NCBI GenBank assembly: GCA_030704615.1
Contig: CM060732.1
Span: forward strand, 17,112,001-17,176,000
DNA length: 64,000 bases
DNA from: Takakia lepidozioides
Lineage: Eukaryota > Plantae > Bryophyta
Reading direction: 5' to 3'
Shown: in pieces, positions 38,238 to 51,362 of the stretch
Position numbering within the stretch: the first letter of the stretch is position 1
Layout: each line of letters starts with the position of its first letter
Notes under the pieces: generated by a model
Told to the model about the DNA's origin: nothing
Databases searched by the model: none
Seen by the model: only the letters and a program-made list of their open reading frames with translations
Program-made: the position numbers and the translations under genes

Positions 38238-38792
38238 TAATGGATAGAAAATATGACTCGGCTACTGCAAAACACAAATCCCAAGCCACATATCAAAGAA
38301 TTTCTATATCAAGAGAAATGACATCAGGCTCTCAGGTGAAAAGGAATTGCAGATGTTCCTCGAAGATTGAATGCTACCTATCCTTTCCAGATTATTGAGT
38401 TCTGGGGAGGGATCACTGACTACCTATCTGCTAAGAGAAAACCACACGGAGACGATGCCACGATAGCATGTAGAGAACGGGAGACAACCAAGTTGTAGCC
38501 CAGGTAATGGGCACATACCACGTGGGTGCAATCCACCGATTGGTGTCACAACGGTGTCCACCTTCCTAGCGGAAGGCAGTAACCCTTGGGGGGTGAAGAG
38601 ACACCCGCTTCCTTGGGGAGGCGTCAAATATTATTATTATTATTAGAGAACGGGTTTCCAGTTAGGCTAACGGCAGAGTGGAGAAGCTCACTCCACATGT
38701 GGATCCTTTTAAATTGCAAGAGCTGCAAATTCTTTGCAGTTCTGGAATTATCGCTTCTTGTATCTGGCATAGTCTCTTGGCACACCACAATC

Positions 38793-41700
38793 ATGCGCAC
38801 GCAATGGATTCGTCTCCATTCATCTCTTTTGCACTCACTTGCCTCTGCGGATTGCCAATCACTGTTGCCATTAGTTCAGACTCAAACCCGTGTAAAATTT
38901 GTCCATCATTCAGCCAATTTTCACCGGAATACTCTATCACGGGTGCAATTCCGAGCCATGTTATCCTCGTTCACAATGCCTTCGGGGGCTATCCCATTCA
39001 CATATCATTCATCAGGTGAGTGTGTTCTCCAGAGTTGTTCGTGATGGAGATGGTTGCATAAACGGGTGAGGTTAGAAAGTGAATTCAGGAATCATGATAA
39101 CGCAATCAATGCTGTAAGCTTCATAAAATTTCTGGCCAGATCATGTCATCCGTAGGAATCTCGTATTTATTCAATGCTGCATTTTTATTGTAAGGTTTCT
39201 TCGAAAAATACTTTGGTTATGGGCGGTTGAGTTCAGAAAAAGGTGGTCCATTGGAGGTGTACGAGAGCATGGTGGCTCGGGGCATCTTGCAGCACGATGC
39301 AAGGCAACACAAAGTGGCAGTGGCTTTGGAAGAGCTTCTGGGGAAGATGAGGGACCATCAGCGCCTGATGGAAGTCTATCATGTACTTCCTTGACCTTCT
39401 GGAATATGATCAATCCCATAAATTCAATGTTGTGAAGATTAGAGAGGTATGGAGTTCCTTTCTAAGAATGATTGGTGGTTCTATTATTCTGAAAGAAAAA
39501 TTCCGTTTTCTCCATCTAATGTTTTGGGAACAATTTTCCAGGAGGAGCTTAGGAAGTGGTTGACAAAGAGGAACGAGGAAAAAAGGAAACTGCTTCAAGA
39601 AGAAGCCAACTTTGCAGCTCAACGGAAACTGCAAAGGCTAGCTGATGAACGAAAGAAAGGCCTGCTCACACTGTGGCTGTCCAGGTAATCCCCTCCCCTT
39701 TCTTTTCCCTTGTCACTCTTGGTCCCTTCTGAACATTTCCTGACAGTGAAAGAGGGGGGGGGCACTCTTAACTGACACTCCCTCAGCCCCATTGAGGGAT
39801 ATCAACCCACCAGGCTTCAAAATTGTCATAGCGCTTGCACCCAGTTGACAACAATCCAGCTACAGGGAATTTAGTGTTGATTTAGGGATTTAGGGTCTGA
39901 CATCCTACTAGGGTGTATGTATCAGCATTGCAACTTCAGCCCAGCAGCTGACAGCAGATGTCAAGTGTGGCTGTGGACTGCCATCCACTTGGTTGTAGGA
40001 GAAAGGCAGACATGATGTACTCATTGTGGCCCTGTGAACATTGCCCTGAAGGGCGTTACCATGGGATACTATTGCTTCCAGGACCTTGGTGACTGAGGCT
40101 AAACCCTGAATTTCCATAGGAATTTCACATGGCCACTGATAGCCTGGTTACAGGGATTTCAGTGTTCACCTGTGCTCTGGCTTTGCATCATCCCAGGCAG
40201 AATGACATCAATTCCAGCACTCTGATCTCATCCTTTAGGCCTAAGAAATTGTGATGAATGTAACTGCGTTTGCACTGCTGGTCCCACTGATGAAGAAAAG
40301 GGACAAAAGGGCAGAGAAAGAGACACGTCTTTCCGGCCTTTACCCCGACAGGAAGAGCATTCTGCTGGGATCGAGGTGATGCAGGTTACCGTATCTGAGG
40401 TTGACATGGTTGTGGTCTTCAATGTCATACGCCCCAGTGAGTGGATGGCAGTTTCTCTTACTGGGATGAGAGGCTCAGGGGGTGCTACAAACTACCTTGG
40501 CACTTGTGTTAAGGCCCTGTTGGGAGTTGGGATTTCATGGTGACACTCTAATATCTTCCCCTTGCCGATGTTCAATGAGAAGAGAGGGGGAGAGAAACGG
40601 CCTGTTTTGGTACGACAGAGACAGTTTTGCAAGAATTTACTGATACAAATACACATACCCTTGTTGGAGGAGGCGGAGGGCAGGAAGATATGTGGGCCAC
40701 ACCTTCAATGGAACTCAGGGAACATGGGGGGGGGGTGCTGTGGTTGTGTGTGCCTAGTCTAGGAGGGCAAAGAAAACTCCAGTGGAACCAGGTGCAGGCT
40801 TTATGGTGGCACACATCAAAAGGGAGAAAAAGTTAGACTTGTCAATAGGATCACGGCCTTTGGCACCGCAGGCCCCCCAAGGACTTTATTTACATGGCAA
40901 TGTGGGCTGTGGTAATCCTTCTTCCTGTGTCTTCCTTCTTAATTGTCAAGAAGTAGACTACCTTATAGTTGAGTAGCCATATGTGCAGGCTATGTTCAAT
41001 TGACGGGGCCTATACCTGCAGAGTGTGTAATTGTGATTTGTTGTACAAGAGCTAACATTCCTTGAGTGATGTATTCTCAGGAAAGACACTACTTATGGAT
41101 TTGTTCTTCAACGCAGCTGGTGGTGTTGTACGTTACCGACGTAGATTGCACTTTCATGCGGTATCTCACCATCATCTCCATCTTTAAGGGTTGATTGGGT
41201 TGAGTTGATTGTTCAGCTTCTCCTGTGGTAATTTCAGCAATTGGCCTGGCTTCCCTGATGTTTGTCACTGGAGCATGTATTTATCTTCTTCTGTCTACTG
41301 ATCGCATCAGGCGATGCTGGAGGTCCACCACCGCATGCACAAGCTCTGGAGTCAACAGAGAGGCAAGAAAGCAGATCCAAGAGAACTGGAACTAAATCCA
41401 AATTCTGCCCATAGATCCTCAACTCTGACTTTAGATGACGCAGTCAGGGAGTGGTTAGACGCTGAGGAAAGGTATGAAAGTGAGCTGCAGACAGAGAGTG
41501 CAATTCTGGAAGCTGTGGCTGACGAACTTCTTGGGTCCTGGGAAGGAGAGAGTGATGGGGGTGCAAGCCTCCTTTGCTTTGATGAAGTTCAGGCATGTGC
41601 CCACTCTCTTGAACAGCCTCAAGTGTGGTTCAGGCTTCTAACAGTTTATGTATGACGGGGTAAAACATTAAATACAAGACACCATCAAGGATTTGCGAGT

Positions 41701-44700
41701 ATAACAACCATACGAATAGCTATTTCACTGCTGCACAAAACAAAAACAGCTGTTGCAAAATTAGGAAATCACAAAGACCCGTGGACTTGTTTACTGTATG
41801 GATGGCTTGGTCTCCTTCACTGCATCTCTGCTGGAATGCTTCGATGTATGCAGTTACAGCAATTTAGATTGGAGGTTCTGTATTGACACCGGGATCCATT
41901 AAAGCAATTGATAGCATGGGAGAAGTGAAGCTGTTGGTGTAAACATAGGTGGTGGATGTATTTACGGCAGTCGCTCTGGCGGGAATTCTGGGCAGACTTC
42001 TGAGAAGGGGAGTGGTCATAGTCGCCACTAGCAATCGAGCTCCCTGTGATCTCAACAAGGTGTGTGCTACCCTTCTCAACAAGCCATGTATGAGGGGAGG
42101 CTTACTATTGTGATGAAGTTGTGTTCAGGAGTTGAAGGCAGTTTATCTTGAGGGATTTGGTATGGTTGATATCGTAGAGTCAATTGCTGCTTCCAGGAAG
42201 GTATGCAAAAGGAGATATTTGCAGCATTTGTGGCCGAGCTGGAGCGCCAGTGTTGCTCGGTGCTGGTTGGCACAGACACAGACTATCGCCACATCATGGC
42301 TAAACCTCTGTTTGAGAAGGTTTGCCTGAAAGATCCCAATATACCAACGTTGTTCTGTAGGTCATTGTAATTAGCCCATGCTCTCTCAAGCTCTTTAATC
42401 TTCTACTTTCCAATGATAGTTACTGTAGTGTTCCTCTGAGGTTGGAAATCAAAACAAATAGCACCTGCAGCAGAAATCTGAAGGCTGAATTAATGTGTAT
42501 AAAGGTAAGTTTCCCTGGGAGAGTGAGCCTTAAGTGGTGACAGTGACTTTATGCTCCTGCCTTCCTCCTCCTCCTGGCAATTCTCCTGGTTTCTACTCCA
42601 TCCGACCTAGAGACTGCCTATTACACAGTAAGAGAAAGTTTGGCAAAATGCAGGACTACGAGCTTTGATTATTTGAGATTAGGAAGATCTTGTCGTATGT
42701 GGATGTGCTGAGCCCTTCTGCCTCTTTCTAGTTTTCTTTGCTCTTTGAGAAGAAAGGGACATGATTTAACATCTCTTTCTCTTTCCCTGCTCTCATCCTA
42801 CTGTGGTTGAAGATATCTAATGGTATTGCTGGTGGGGCACATACTCGGTGGGGATAATTTGATATATTGGATGACAGGGACAGCAAATGCAGTATTTCTG
42901 GCCTTTGGGTACTCAATCACAACTAGAGCTGGAGCGGCACTGGGATGAAATCACGACATCCCTCATTGACAAATCTGGTGCTTCTGTGGGCTCTGATACT
43001 ATCCCTGTCATGTTTGGAAGGTAATGCATATTTGTATGTTCTTTTTGTAGTTCTACGAAAGGTAGGGTAGGATCTGGAGCACATCAAAACTACGGATTAT
43101 CTGTAAACAGCTACTTCCAAGTGTTCAATGTCTTTTCGGAAGTCGTCAAGAGCTAGTAGGATTAATAAGATGCCAGACTACTTTGATCCAAAACTCGTTC
43201 TTGAAATGGTTGTCTGCAAGATGCTAGTACCCTTCCCGCCATGTTTGGAATGTGAGACTCTTCATTTCGCAACTTGATTTGATAGACTACTAGTCAGTCA
43301 ATTAAACTGGGCAAGAGCTGCTTGCTCGATATGCAGGGAATTAGAGGTACCAAAGAGCTGCAATGGAGTGGCACGGTTTACCTTTGAGCAAGTGTGTGAC
43401 CGTCTGGTCAGTTCTCTCTTGCCTTCATGTGTGAGGGAGAAGGGAAGCTACCTTACTTCCGGTTTGAATTCTGAATTCTTTGGTAGTTGGGTAAGCCTGG
43501 CATGTGGAATAGGGTCTGGCGTGGTTTGCTTGGCTAGCACACGACCACAAATATTATCCTCAGCTGAACAATGACTGTGGGCGTCAGAAGAGAGGAGCCA
43601 CCCTTCCTCCCTGTATGTGGCTCCTACTGCAAGTGCAAGGGGTTTCTAACCCAGTGCAGATTTGTTGGGGCAGGACCAGCACACAAGAGATTGTGCACTT
43701 AATGGAAGAACTATAGTGTGCAGGTTGGAGCAGCAGACTACATAGCACTGGCCCAATATTACCACACTGTTTTTGTCACCGACATACCGATCATGAGCAT
43801 GCGCATCCGTGACAAGGTAATTGCATGCAACCCTTCATAGAGAGAGATGTTTTCTCACTGTACCTCTAGCTGTGGCCAATATCGGAACCGAAGGGACGAG
43901 GGAGTGTAATAGTATGGAGGCATAATACATGTCCAAGTGTGCCCGTGCCACACTATGAAACATAATGTGCATTTCAAGCACTAGTGATTGAAGCCAAAAC
44001 TCTGCAAATCTAATGTTCACCATGAAACCAGGAAACATGGAGGCCAATCTCTATGCAATCATCGTCATGTTTTACAGTATTGATCCAATGTCAGCCCTGC
44101 TAGCAGGCTGAATCCCACACTCAAACCCACAACCAGGAGTGTTAGAATTTGGGGCAGACTATGGCCTCAGGGGTACATCATAACCTTCTCAACGAGCTAT
44201 AGTCACGGACTACATAGTTCTCCTCTCCCTTTCTCTCCTCCATTGTGGAATTAGTGTTTTTCTTTCCAGGCTAGGAGATTTATTACACTTGTGGACGAGC
44301 TTTATAATCACCGCTGTCACCTCATATGCACCGCGGCCAGCCCTCCTGATGAGCTTTTCTTGGGCACGGCGGATGGACCCCTCGTGGATCTTGAAAGGTA
44401 ATACACTTAAACTGGTACAGTTGCTTGTGATTGTTAGTCAGTTGTTAGCAGCTCAACTGCCGACTCCATAGTCAGTTCTGCTTCACTACTACTGCTGTGC
44501 TACTTGCTGTCTTGGGTCCTTTCGGGCTGGAACACAACAGCTATCCAATTTTCAGGCCCTTCTAGAAATAAGATCACGGCGCTCCTAGTGGCATGGATAA
44601 GGGTTTCTAACCGGTCTGAGATTAGTTTGGTCTTAAGGTAGATGGCAAAAATCTTTCACTGGATAAGTGAGGGCAATATGTGAAGTTTTCTGCCAAAGAC

Positions 44701-45512
44701 TATTTCAAATATGATGTGCAGTTAACTACATAGTGTGACTCTGTCATGTTTGGGCCTTACACTTCTCCGTACATTGACTTACAGTGGGTGATTAAACTGT
44801 GTATTTGTTTCTTTTCCTCGCACTTAATGTGGAAACTAAGAGACTTAACACTTTTGATTTGTGTGTAGCTTGCAATTTGAGACTGATGCGGAGGGCAGCC
44901 GACTCCGAAGAGATGTAACAGCCAAAGGCAGTGTGGCCCCAGTGGGTTCAACTGAGCACGACCGGGCCAGTATTCATTCACTTCTCTCTGGACGTGAGGA
45001 GTTGTTTGCTTTCCGGCGCGCAGTAAGATCCAGTTTCTCTTACAGGAGATTCTAGCATGCACATCTTTCTCATTTAAGCTTTTTGCTCTCTCTCACATTC
45101 TCTGCTGCCTGCTTGGCTGACATCCATGAGCTGCAGTAAGGATGTCTTCTTCTTTCAAGGACTCCTCATCTTTCATCTTTCCCCACCTTTCTCACTCTTC
45201 AACTCAACTCCCTTGCTTTTATCCGTAAAGTGGCGATGAGGCTATGATTAGCAGTGTCTTATGACTTGAGATTTCCGCATGCTGTTCCCAACAAGGGGTC
45301 TCTGCTTCTTAGAGCCTCTTTCATGGGGTTATTCCTTGAGTAACTCTAGGTTGTCATTGCGAACTTGCCTTCACGGTTCTCACTGATCGTTTTCCGCCCA
45401 TTTCCAACAGGTATCGAGACTGATAGAGATGCAAACACCTACCTACTTACAAACGCTCAACTGTCACCCTAGGTTCCAAGGACACATTTCCAGTAACCCC
45501 AAAGGGTGTTGA
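38793..45512 (+). CDS. AFG1L: AFG1/ZapE-like (LACE1-family) P-loop ATPase, 14 exons, ~648 aa, probable organellar transit peptide
   Basis: Exons 38793-39015, 39237-39382, 39542-39684, 40763-40911, 41081-41160, 41311-41592, 41949-42059, 42197-42319, 42878-43020, 43337-43406, 43724-43816, 44270-44397, 44869-45022, 45411-45512 join in phase (1947 nt). Motifs: GLYLHGNVGCGKT (Walker A), LHFH, LCFDEVQ (Walker B), ATSNRAP, GAADYIALA, ARRFITLVDELY, FAFRRAVSRLIEMQ. The first exon is least certain. Confidence 0.93.
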
Positions 45513-46558
45513 TGAGGTTGTTTCAGCAAGGTGCACATCTCTGTGGAATTAGGAAATTCAATCATCCAAATTTAATGCTGAGGTCTGTTCACATGCAGTT
45601 ACAGTAATTGATGTTTGCAAGAGAGTCACATGGAGTATTATTCCTTTGCAAACTGCCAGCATGAGAACCGTCCAGGCACTATCTCAATAATACGGAATGT
45701 GTCCCAAGTATTTATTTGATGGTGTTGCTTCAAGGAGCATGTGTGACTGTTCCAGCTACTTCATGAAGAATGGACTCCTTAGGATTCTGTTTATTGTTAA
45801 GGTTACGGCCTGCTACTGCTGACAGCCTATTACAGATTGCCTCTTCTTCTCTCAGTTCCTTAGTATTTAGTTTCTTAGGACATGGTTCTCAGCTTGCCGA
45901 GTTACTCAGTGAACAGGTTGTCCCTATTAAGCTTTTCCCATGGGGGCTGGTTTTTGGGTGCTACCCAATCTACCAAGATGTACTGGCCTCATGGGCCTCT
46001 ATTATGGTTATATTTCCCATAAGACCTTCGTTAATACAGGGAGGGCTACTATCCCCTTTCTGGGTAAAAGAAAATGCAATCCAGTGTACTCCTAAATGAA
46101 CAATCACCTAAGACGCACATGTGTGTCAGGTGTGGAGAAAGAAGATGAGCAATATCAGTCAGTCATGGATTGACCTCACTTCTAGAAACGAGGATTGTGT
46201 AGTGCGGGTTGATGTGCAAGAATGGATTATTTATATAAACTTCCTGAGATAAAAACAAGCAGAAGAGAGTGCCCACCAAAAATTTGGAGAGACAATCAAC
46301 TTCTAATGGTAAATTACTCGATAAGAAAGGAGAGTCCCCTCCCCTTCCCGGCAGTTCACCAATGATTTGGGGAGAAAACTAACTTTCAATGACAAACTAT
46401 GAGATACAAATGAGCAGCAATGAAATTAAGAACCTGTTCACTACAACTAATATCGGTACAATACTTCCTGCCAATATTATAATCTCTCCGCCTGATAAAT
46501 ACTCCAAAAGTCCTACACTACAAAAAATCAAGGAAGATAACCACAAGCCATCTGATTC

Positions 46559-47752
46559 CTACAACTCACCAGCACTTGCTTTGGACTTAGACTTGGGGGT
46601 AGTTGTAATTGGAGACTTCATGGAGACCTTACCATGCCACCTAGTATTCAACTGGGCAACTGCTCTATCACCTACATACTGTATACCCTGTAGAAATTTG
46701 CGTGCTCCAACTTCTATTTGGCTAAATGCATCTTGCATTTTCTCCACCACACTTAACTTCAAACCAGTTTGTGTCCTTCTGGTCGATTTGAACCCTTCCC
46801 CCTGTGAAACAGCCTGCAGTCAGTGTGTGTGGTCAACTACATCCCTATTAGAAGCACCAGTTTTTGTACGAACTTGAAACAGAAAAAGATAAAAAGGTAC
46901 ACACCAGGGTTTCAGTGCCCAATTCTTCATCATCCTCTTCATGAGAGTCATCTTTGCCTCCAAGCAAATCAGGGTTGTTCACAAGGTCATCCCGTGAATA
47001 CATCTTCATTCCACCTGCTCCTGGTATATCCTGCGCTTTCACATAATTCCATTGCTCAATACAATATAGAGCGACCCATCTCATTATCCTGCAAAAGAGA
47101 TCAACTTACCTGCAACTGCCATGAAACATACATAGATTGATGGGACTTACACTCATTTGGCGCATCAACCGCTCCATTTCAGCATCTTTCAATGACTTTG
47201 GAATGAATGGTTCTCCTGGCTCTCTATCCTGTGCATCCATGGACGCAGGACTGTCACATCCCCAAAGAATCTTGTATCCTAGATATTTCCCAAATCACAG
47301 CAGTTTGGCATATGTAGAACTGCCAGTTTCATCAATATGGCAATAACCAGTCACCTTTGATACACAGTTTACATCTTGTACAGCAACTTCACTGCTTCTG
47401 CATGTATGTTTATAAGATAATATGCAGCATGCAGACAAGTATGTAGAAGTCTTACTGAGCCATTCTGGGCACAGAAAAGGGCTTCCAGGGCCAATTGCAG
47501 AAACTTTACTAGCAAGCAGGACAAAATCTCCGCCCACTATAGGATGCATGCCACAAGATAAAAGAGAGCGTAAGAACCATGTGTGCAGAAGCTGCAGCAA
47601 CTCACATGTTAGCGATATTACCTTGGGCACAGGTGCCAATTTGCCCAGCAAGATCTACTAAGATCCTTGCAGAATAGTTTTGATAGGTTGGCTTGTTGTG
47701 CCCCACTCTTGAATAGAAATTCTGCAACATCTGCGTCATAATCACCCATGAT
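46559..47752 (-). pseudogene. 3' half of a SES1/canopy (saposin-like, DUF3456) ER protein gene; 5' exons missing, one frameshift
   Basis: Exons 47622-47752 (IMGDYDADVAEFLFK..CKDLSRSC, 131 nt, 1 nt short), 47151-47228 (DREPGEPFIPKSLKDAEMERLMRQM), 46905-47030 (IPGAGGMKMYSRDDL plus acidic tract) and 46559-46801 ending SAGEL*. Confidence 0.8.
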
Positions 47753-47821
47753 CTGACCCATAACCCAATTCTCCTTGTAGCATCAGTACCAGAAGAGACC
47801 AATTGCTCATATGTACATGCT

Positions 47822-48490
47822 ACTCACCAAATCTCCACATATAAGTACTTTTGTACTTTAATCCCAGCTTGCAACACTCCTGCAAGCCCAGTGCTCATGC
47901 CTCCAAACAGGTCTAGCAAACAAATCCCTGAGTCAGGTGGTTGCCAGATAATGGGCATTATGTCCAATGGAGTTAACTGAGGAGGTCCAGGTGATGTCAC
48001 TGAATTCTCCCCACTCATCAATGGAAAGGCCTCCTGTCATGCTTGGCGCTTGCGACTCGCTGCAAATTCCCAACCGTACCCCACAGTGGAACATGCACAG
48101 GCATATGAGGAAGCAACTCAGCCTTGTATGCCAATTGTTTGTCCTCATCACATGGTGGCCTATCATCTGCATGGCTATTGCCCTCCAAGAGCTCACTACC
48201 CCAAGCCACCGACTGCCACTCCGGCCGGTAGGATGTCATTTCCTCCCAAAAGTCCAGAGTAAATCCCATGGGGTACAACACAGCCCCACCAACAAGCACA
48301 TCGTAAGACATCGCGTTCGTAACAATGGCTTTAGCTCTCATGACTGAGCCGTCCGTAGGATGTCTGGCTGCAATCGAATGAAGAGCTCATGGCGTGTAAT
48401 CCCTCGCGCCTTCTCTGAACCACCTAAAGACGTCTGATTCTGGAAAGGGCAAGGCTCCAAATCTGCCTCTGTAAGGCCAGTGAAGTTTTG
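47822..48490 (-). mobile_element. Fragment of the methyltransferase-bearing gypsy family: protease C-half plus MTase motif I
   Basis: AIVTNAMSYDVLVGGAVLYPMGFTLDFW (protease end), then WQPPDSGICLLDLFGGMSTGLAGVLQAGIKVQKYLYVE (SAM-binding motif I/II). Confidence 0.85.
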
Positions 48491-48519
48491 ATTCCATGTG
48501 CTAAAAGATGGGCGGAGTG

Positions 48520-50073
48520 AGAAGCTGTAGGATTGGCCCATATCCTACATTTTTGGGATGATGCCTCCAAGTCTCTGATTTCAGCGGAAATGGCTGAGCA
48601 GCAGCTCTCTGTCAGACAAGTCAGACAGGAATGGAATTTGGTCATTGGAGATCTGCCTGAACGATGGACCAACCTGCTCTCTGACCAGAACGTTGTAAAA
48701 GTACCAAGTTGGCTTGGTTACATTCTTGGCAATCAGCCCAAAGCCTTGTTTGCTGTCACCAGGGATAATGCTTTCATTCATGGCACGGAATTTGTTGTAG
48801 ACAACGACGGCATCCTGATTTCCCCTGTGTCAGTAAATATCCCAGCCTCTACTGATTGCTTTCAAATCAGGGCCTTATGCTTATCTTTTGGCAACCCTGA
48901 CTCGTTGCCCCCTTGGAGCTGCAGCATTACAAGAACAGCTTTCGTTGGTTTTTATCTGCTCCTCTCAAGCTGCTACAGTTTGATCTAGGAGAGTGGGTTT
49001 GGATGAACAAGGCTCATGATCCTTTTTTTAAATACTCTGTTAAGCTTGGATATATGCTCCAGATTCACAAGAGAAGATTCGATCGAAAATGGACTAAAAA
49101 ATGGCAGCATCTCCCTGGACATCCACTGTCTTGGAAGCCGGTATGGGCTGACACCTGGAAAAAGCATAGATCAGTGAAGGTCATTACTTTCTTGTGGAAA
49201 GTTGTGGGTGGCTACAATTTTCACGGACACTCCTACGAAGTGTGTGACTTGCAACCTCAACATGGAGGAAGACTTGGAACACTGTCTGATTCTTTGCCCT
49301 TTTGCCCGTGCAGTGTGGGACAAGGCCCTCCACTTATACTCTTTTTGGTCTTCTAATCTGGACTCCTCTCTTTCTGTCTTGTTACTCAATGTCAAGAATG
49401 GAGTGATTCACTGTTCATGTCCTGTTTGGGAATCATTAAGAGGGATCATTCTATGGCAGATATGGAAAATGAGATGCGCAGTGTTGTACCAGAAGGTGAG
49501 GCCTTGTTTGTAGAGACTGTTGTTTCTAGCTCACTCACACCTAAGGTCTGAAGCTCTCAAAGCATGGTGTGTGCTTGTTTCAGCTCTTTCCAGGTGTAGC
49601 AGCAATCGGAGAGACCACTTGTGAATTTCAGATACAAGGATTGTGTGGGAAGACTCCATCCCTGCCTGTTGGTAGCTCAACCAACACTAAGAAAACACCT
49701 CTGGAGGCTGAAGATTCCGAAGTAAATTGGAGACACAAACGCATTGGTACTAGGAAAGCAAAATCCAAGTTAGAGCTGTATGGTTCTCATTACCTTCTTG
49801 CTCGGGCTATGAGGGGTTTCTAGACTTGTCTTCTGGAGATTTAATCTCACCAATGGCTTTAAAGTTTACATTTTCCCAGGTTACGCTGCTGCTTAGTTAT
49901 AAGCATAGTTGTAACTTCCTCCATATCTATTTCCTAGCTCCTGTTCCTTCTGCTTTTTGGTCGGAGTGGTACTTCAGTAATCTACCTTATGGCTAATTGT
50001 AAGGTTATTTTTTCCTTACCTTTTAAATAAATTTTTCAGGGCTACAATCCCCCTGTTTTTTTTGTTTTTTTTT
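48520..50073 (+). mobile_element. L1-clade LINE 3' end (zf-RVT region and 3' UTR)
   Basis: W..VW..TW..KVITFLWKV, CVTC..EEDLEHCLILCPFARAVW, IILWQIWKMRC; AATAAA near 50025. Confidence 0.85.
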
Positions 50074-50398
50074 TAAGTCTGTAGGGTTCATGCGGAGACC
50101 TTAATTAAACTTTATTCAGTAGAAGCTAGTGTTGCTTGCAAAATGTCATGTGTACAATTTGCTGTATAGGCTGGTCCGTAAACAGGGCTGCAATAATTCA
50201 TTGATAACATTCTCTTCATACAGATGTGAGGATTTAAAACAAATACCCCACAACCAACCATGGAATATATGCAGGTCTCGACAAGTAATTGTGTAGCAAG
50301 TGTAAGCCCCACTCTACAGCAACGAGGCCTTCAACACCTCGCAGACCTGCACTACTTGCATACGGATTTCTAATGCTCATCATCACTTGATGAATGGC

Positions 50399-50947
50399 TT
50401 AATTCAGTTGAAGACTCTGCGGCAGATTCTTCCCCATCCTCTTCTTATGGAGCCCTAATAACTGGCTAATGGCTGCAAGTTGAACTTCTGGTCCAATTTC
50501 AGGGGCCTCATATCCTTCGAACTCTCCAATGGAAACATTTCCCACATTGCCAATCACTCTCCGTGACCTCGGGTCCTTGTGCAAAACAACCTTCCAACCA
50601 ACATTCTCTGTATCATCATAAAAAAATACCTGCTCTACTTGTGATGGATAAGTGAATGGCTGATCATTTGCAGGAAGGGTACGAGCAAAGTTTACCAGAG
50701 TGAAACCATACTTATCTTGTTTCATGGTGGCATTCCGACCCACCATGTTTGCCTTCACCCAAGTGCACCTGAAAAGGACAGGCCGTAGTGTGCCGTAGTC
50801 CATTTCGAAGATCTCTTTGATCACTCCCACATATTGAAGTGAAGCCCTAACTGGATTAGAGTCTGCAACAGAACTTCTACTGTCTCAAATGTAGAGCATA
50901 TCCCACTGTCAAATGTGACATGTTATCGTCCATCAACATGGTATATA
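50399..50947 (-). mobile_element. CACTA transposase remnant (DUF4216), part left of the long-TIR insertion
   Basis: YVGVIKEIFEMDYG..PVLFRCTWV..DKYGFTLVNF..DQPFTYPSQVEQVFF..WKVVLHKDPRSRR. Confidence 0.88.
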
Positions 50948-51362
50948 GGGAATGGAAAAAGAGCCATACATTGAAAGATTTTTAAAGCCCGGGCTAAAGA
51001 TTCCAAAGCCCAGGACAATATTCCATAGCCTAGGACATGCAATGTCTCGGGGTTTTGTTCCTCAAAATACCACAGGCCTGGGGTATCCTATGGGAATGTA
51101 AGGGAACATTTTGTGGCCTGCAAGTGAGCCTTGGACCCGGGCCTGGGGTATTTCAGGAATCTTTCTAGCGTAGGACAGATTCCTAAAATGATTCTATAGC
51201 CTAGGCTGGGGCCTAGGGTCCAGGCTATCTTATCGTATATACGTTTAGTATTCCTATACATACGAATAAAGTATTGTTTCGAGTACCGAGCGGGCTGCTG
51301 CTGCCAGAACTCGAAAAGACGGTTGTGCGAAGGTGCGAGCTTGGAGCTTGGAGCTTGGAGCT

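Noticed and set aside
39760-40560. LINE ORF1 remnant in AFG1 intron 3
   Set aside because: Only a weak zinc-knuckle-like hint; not supportable.
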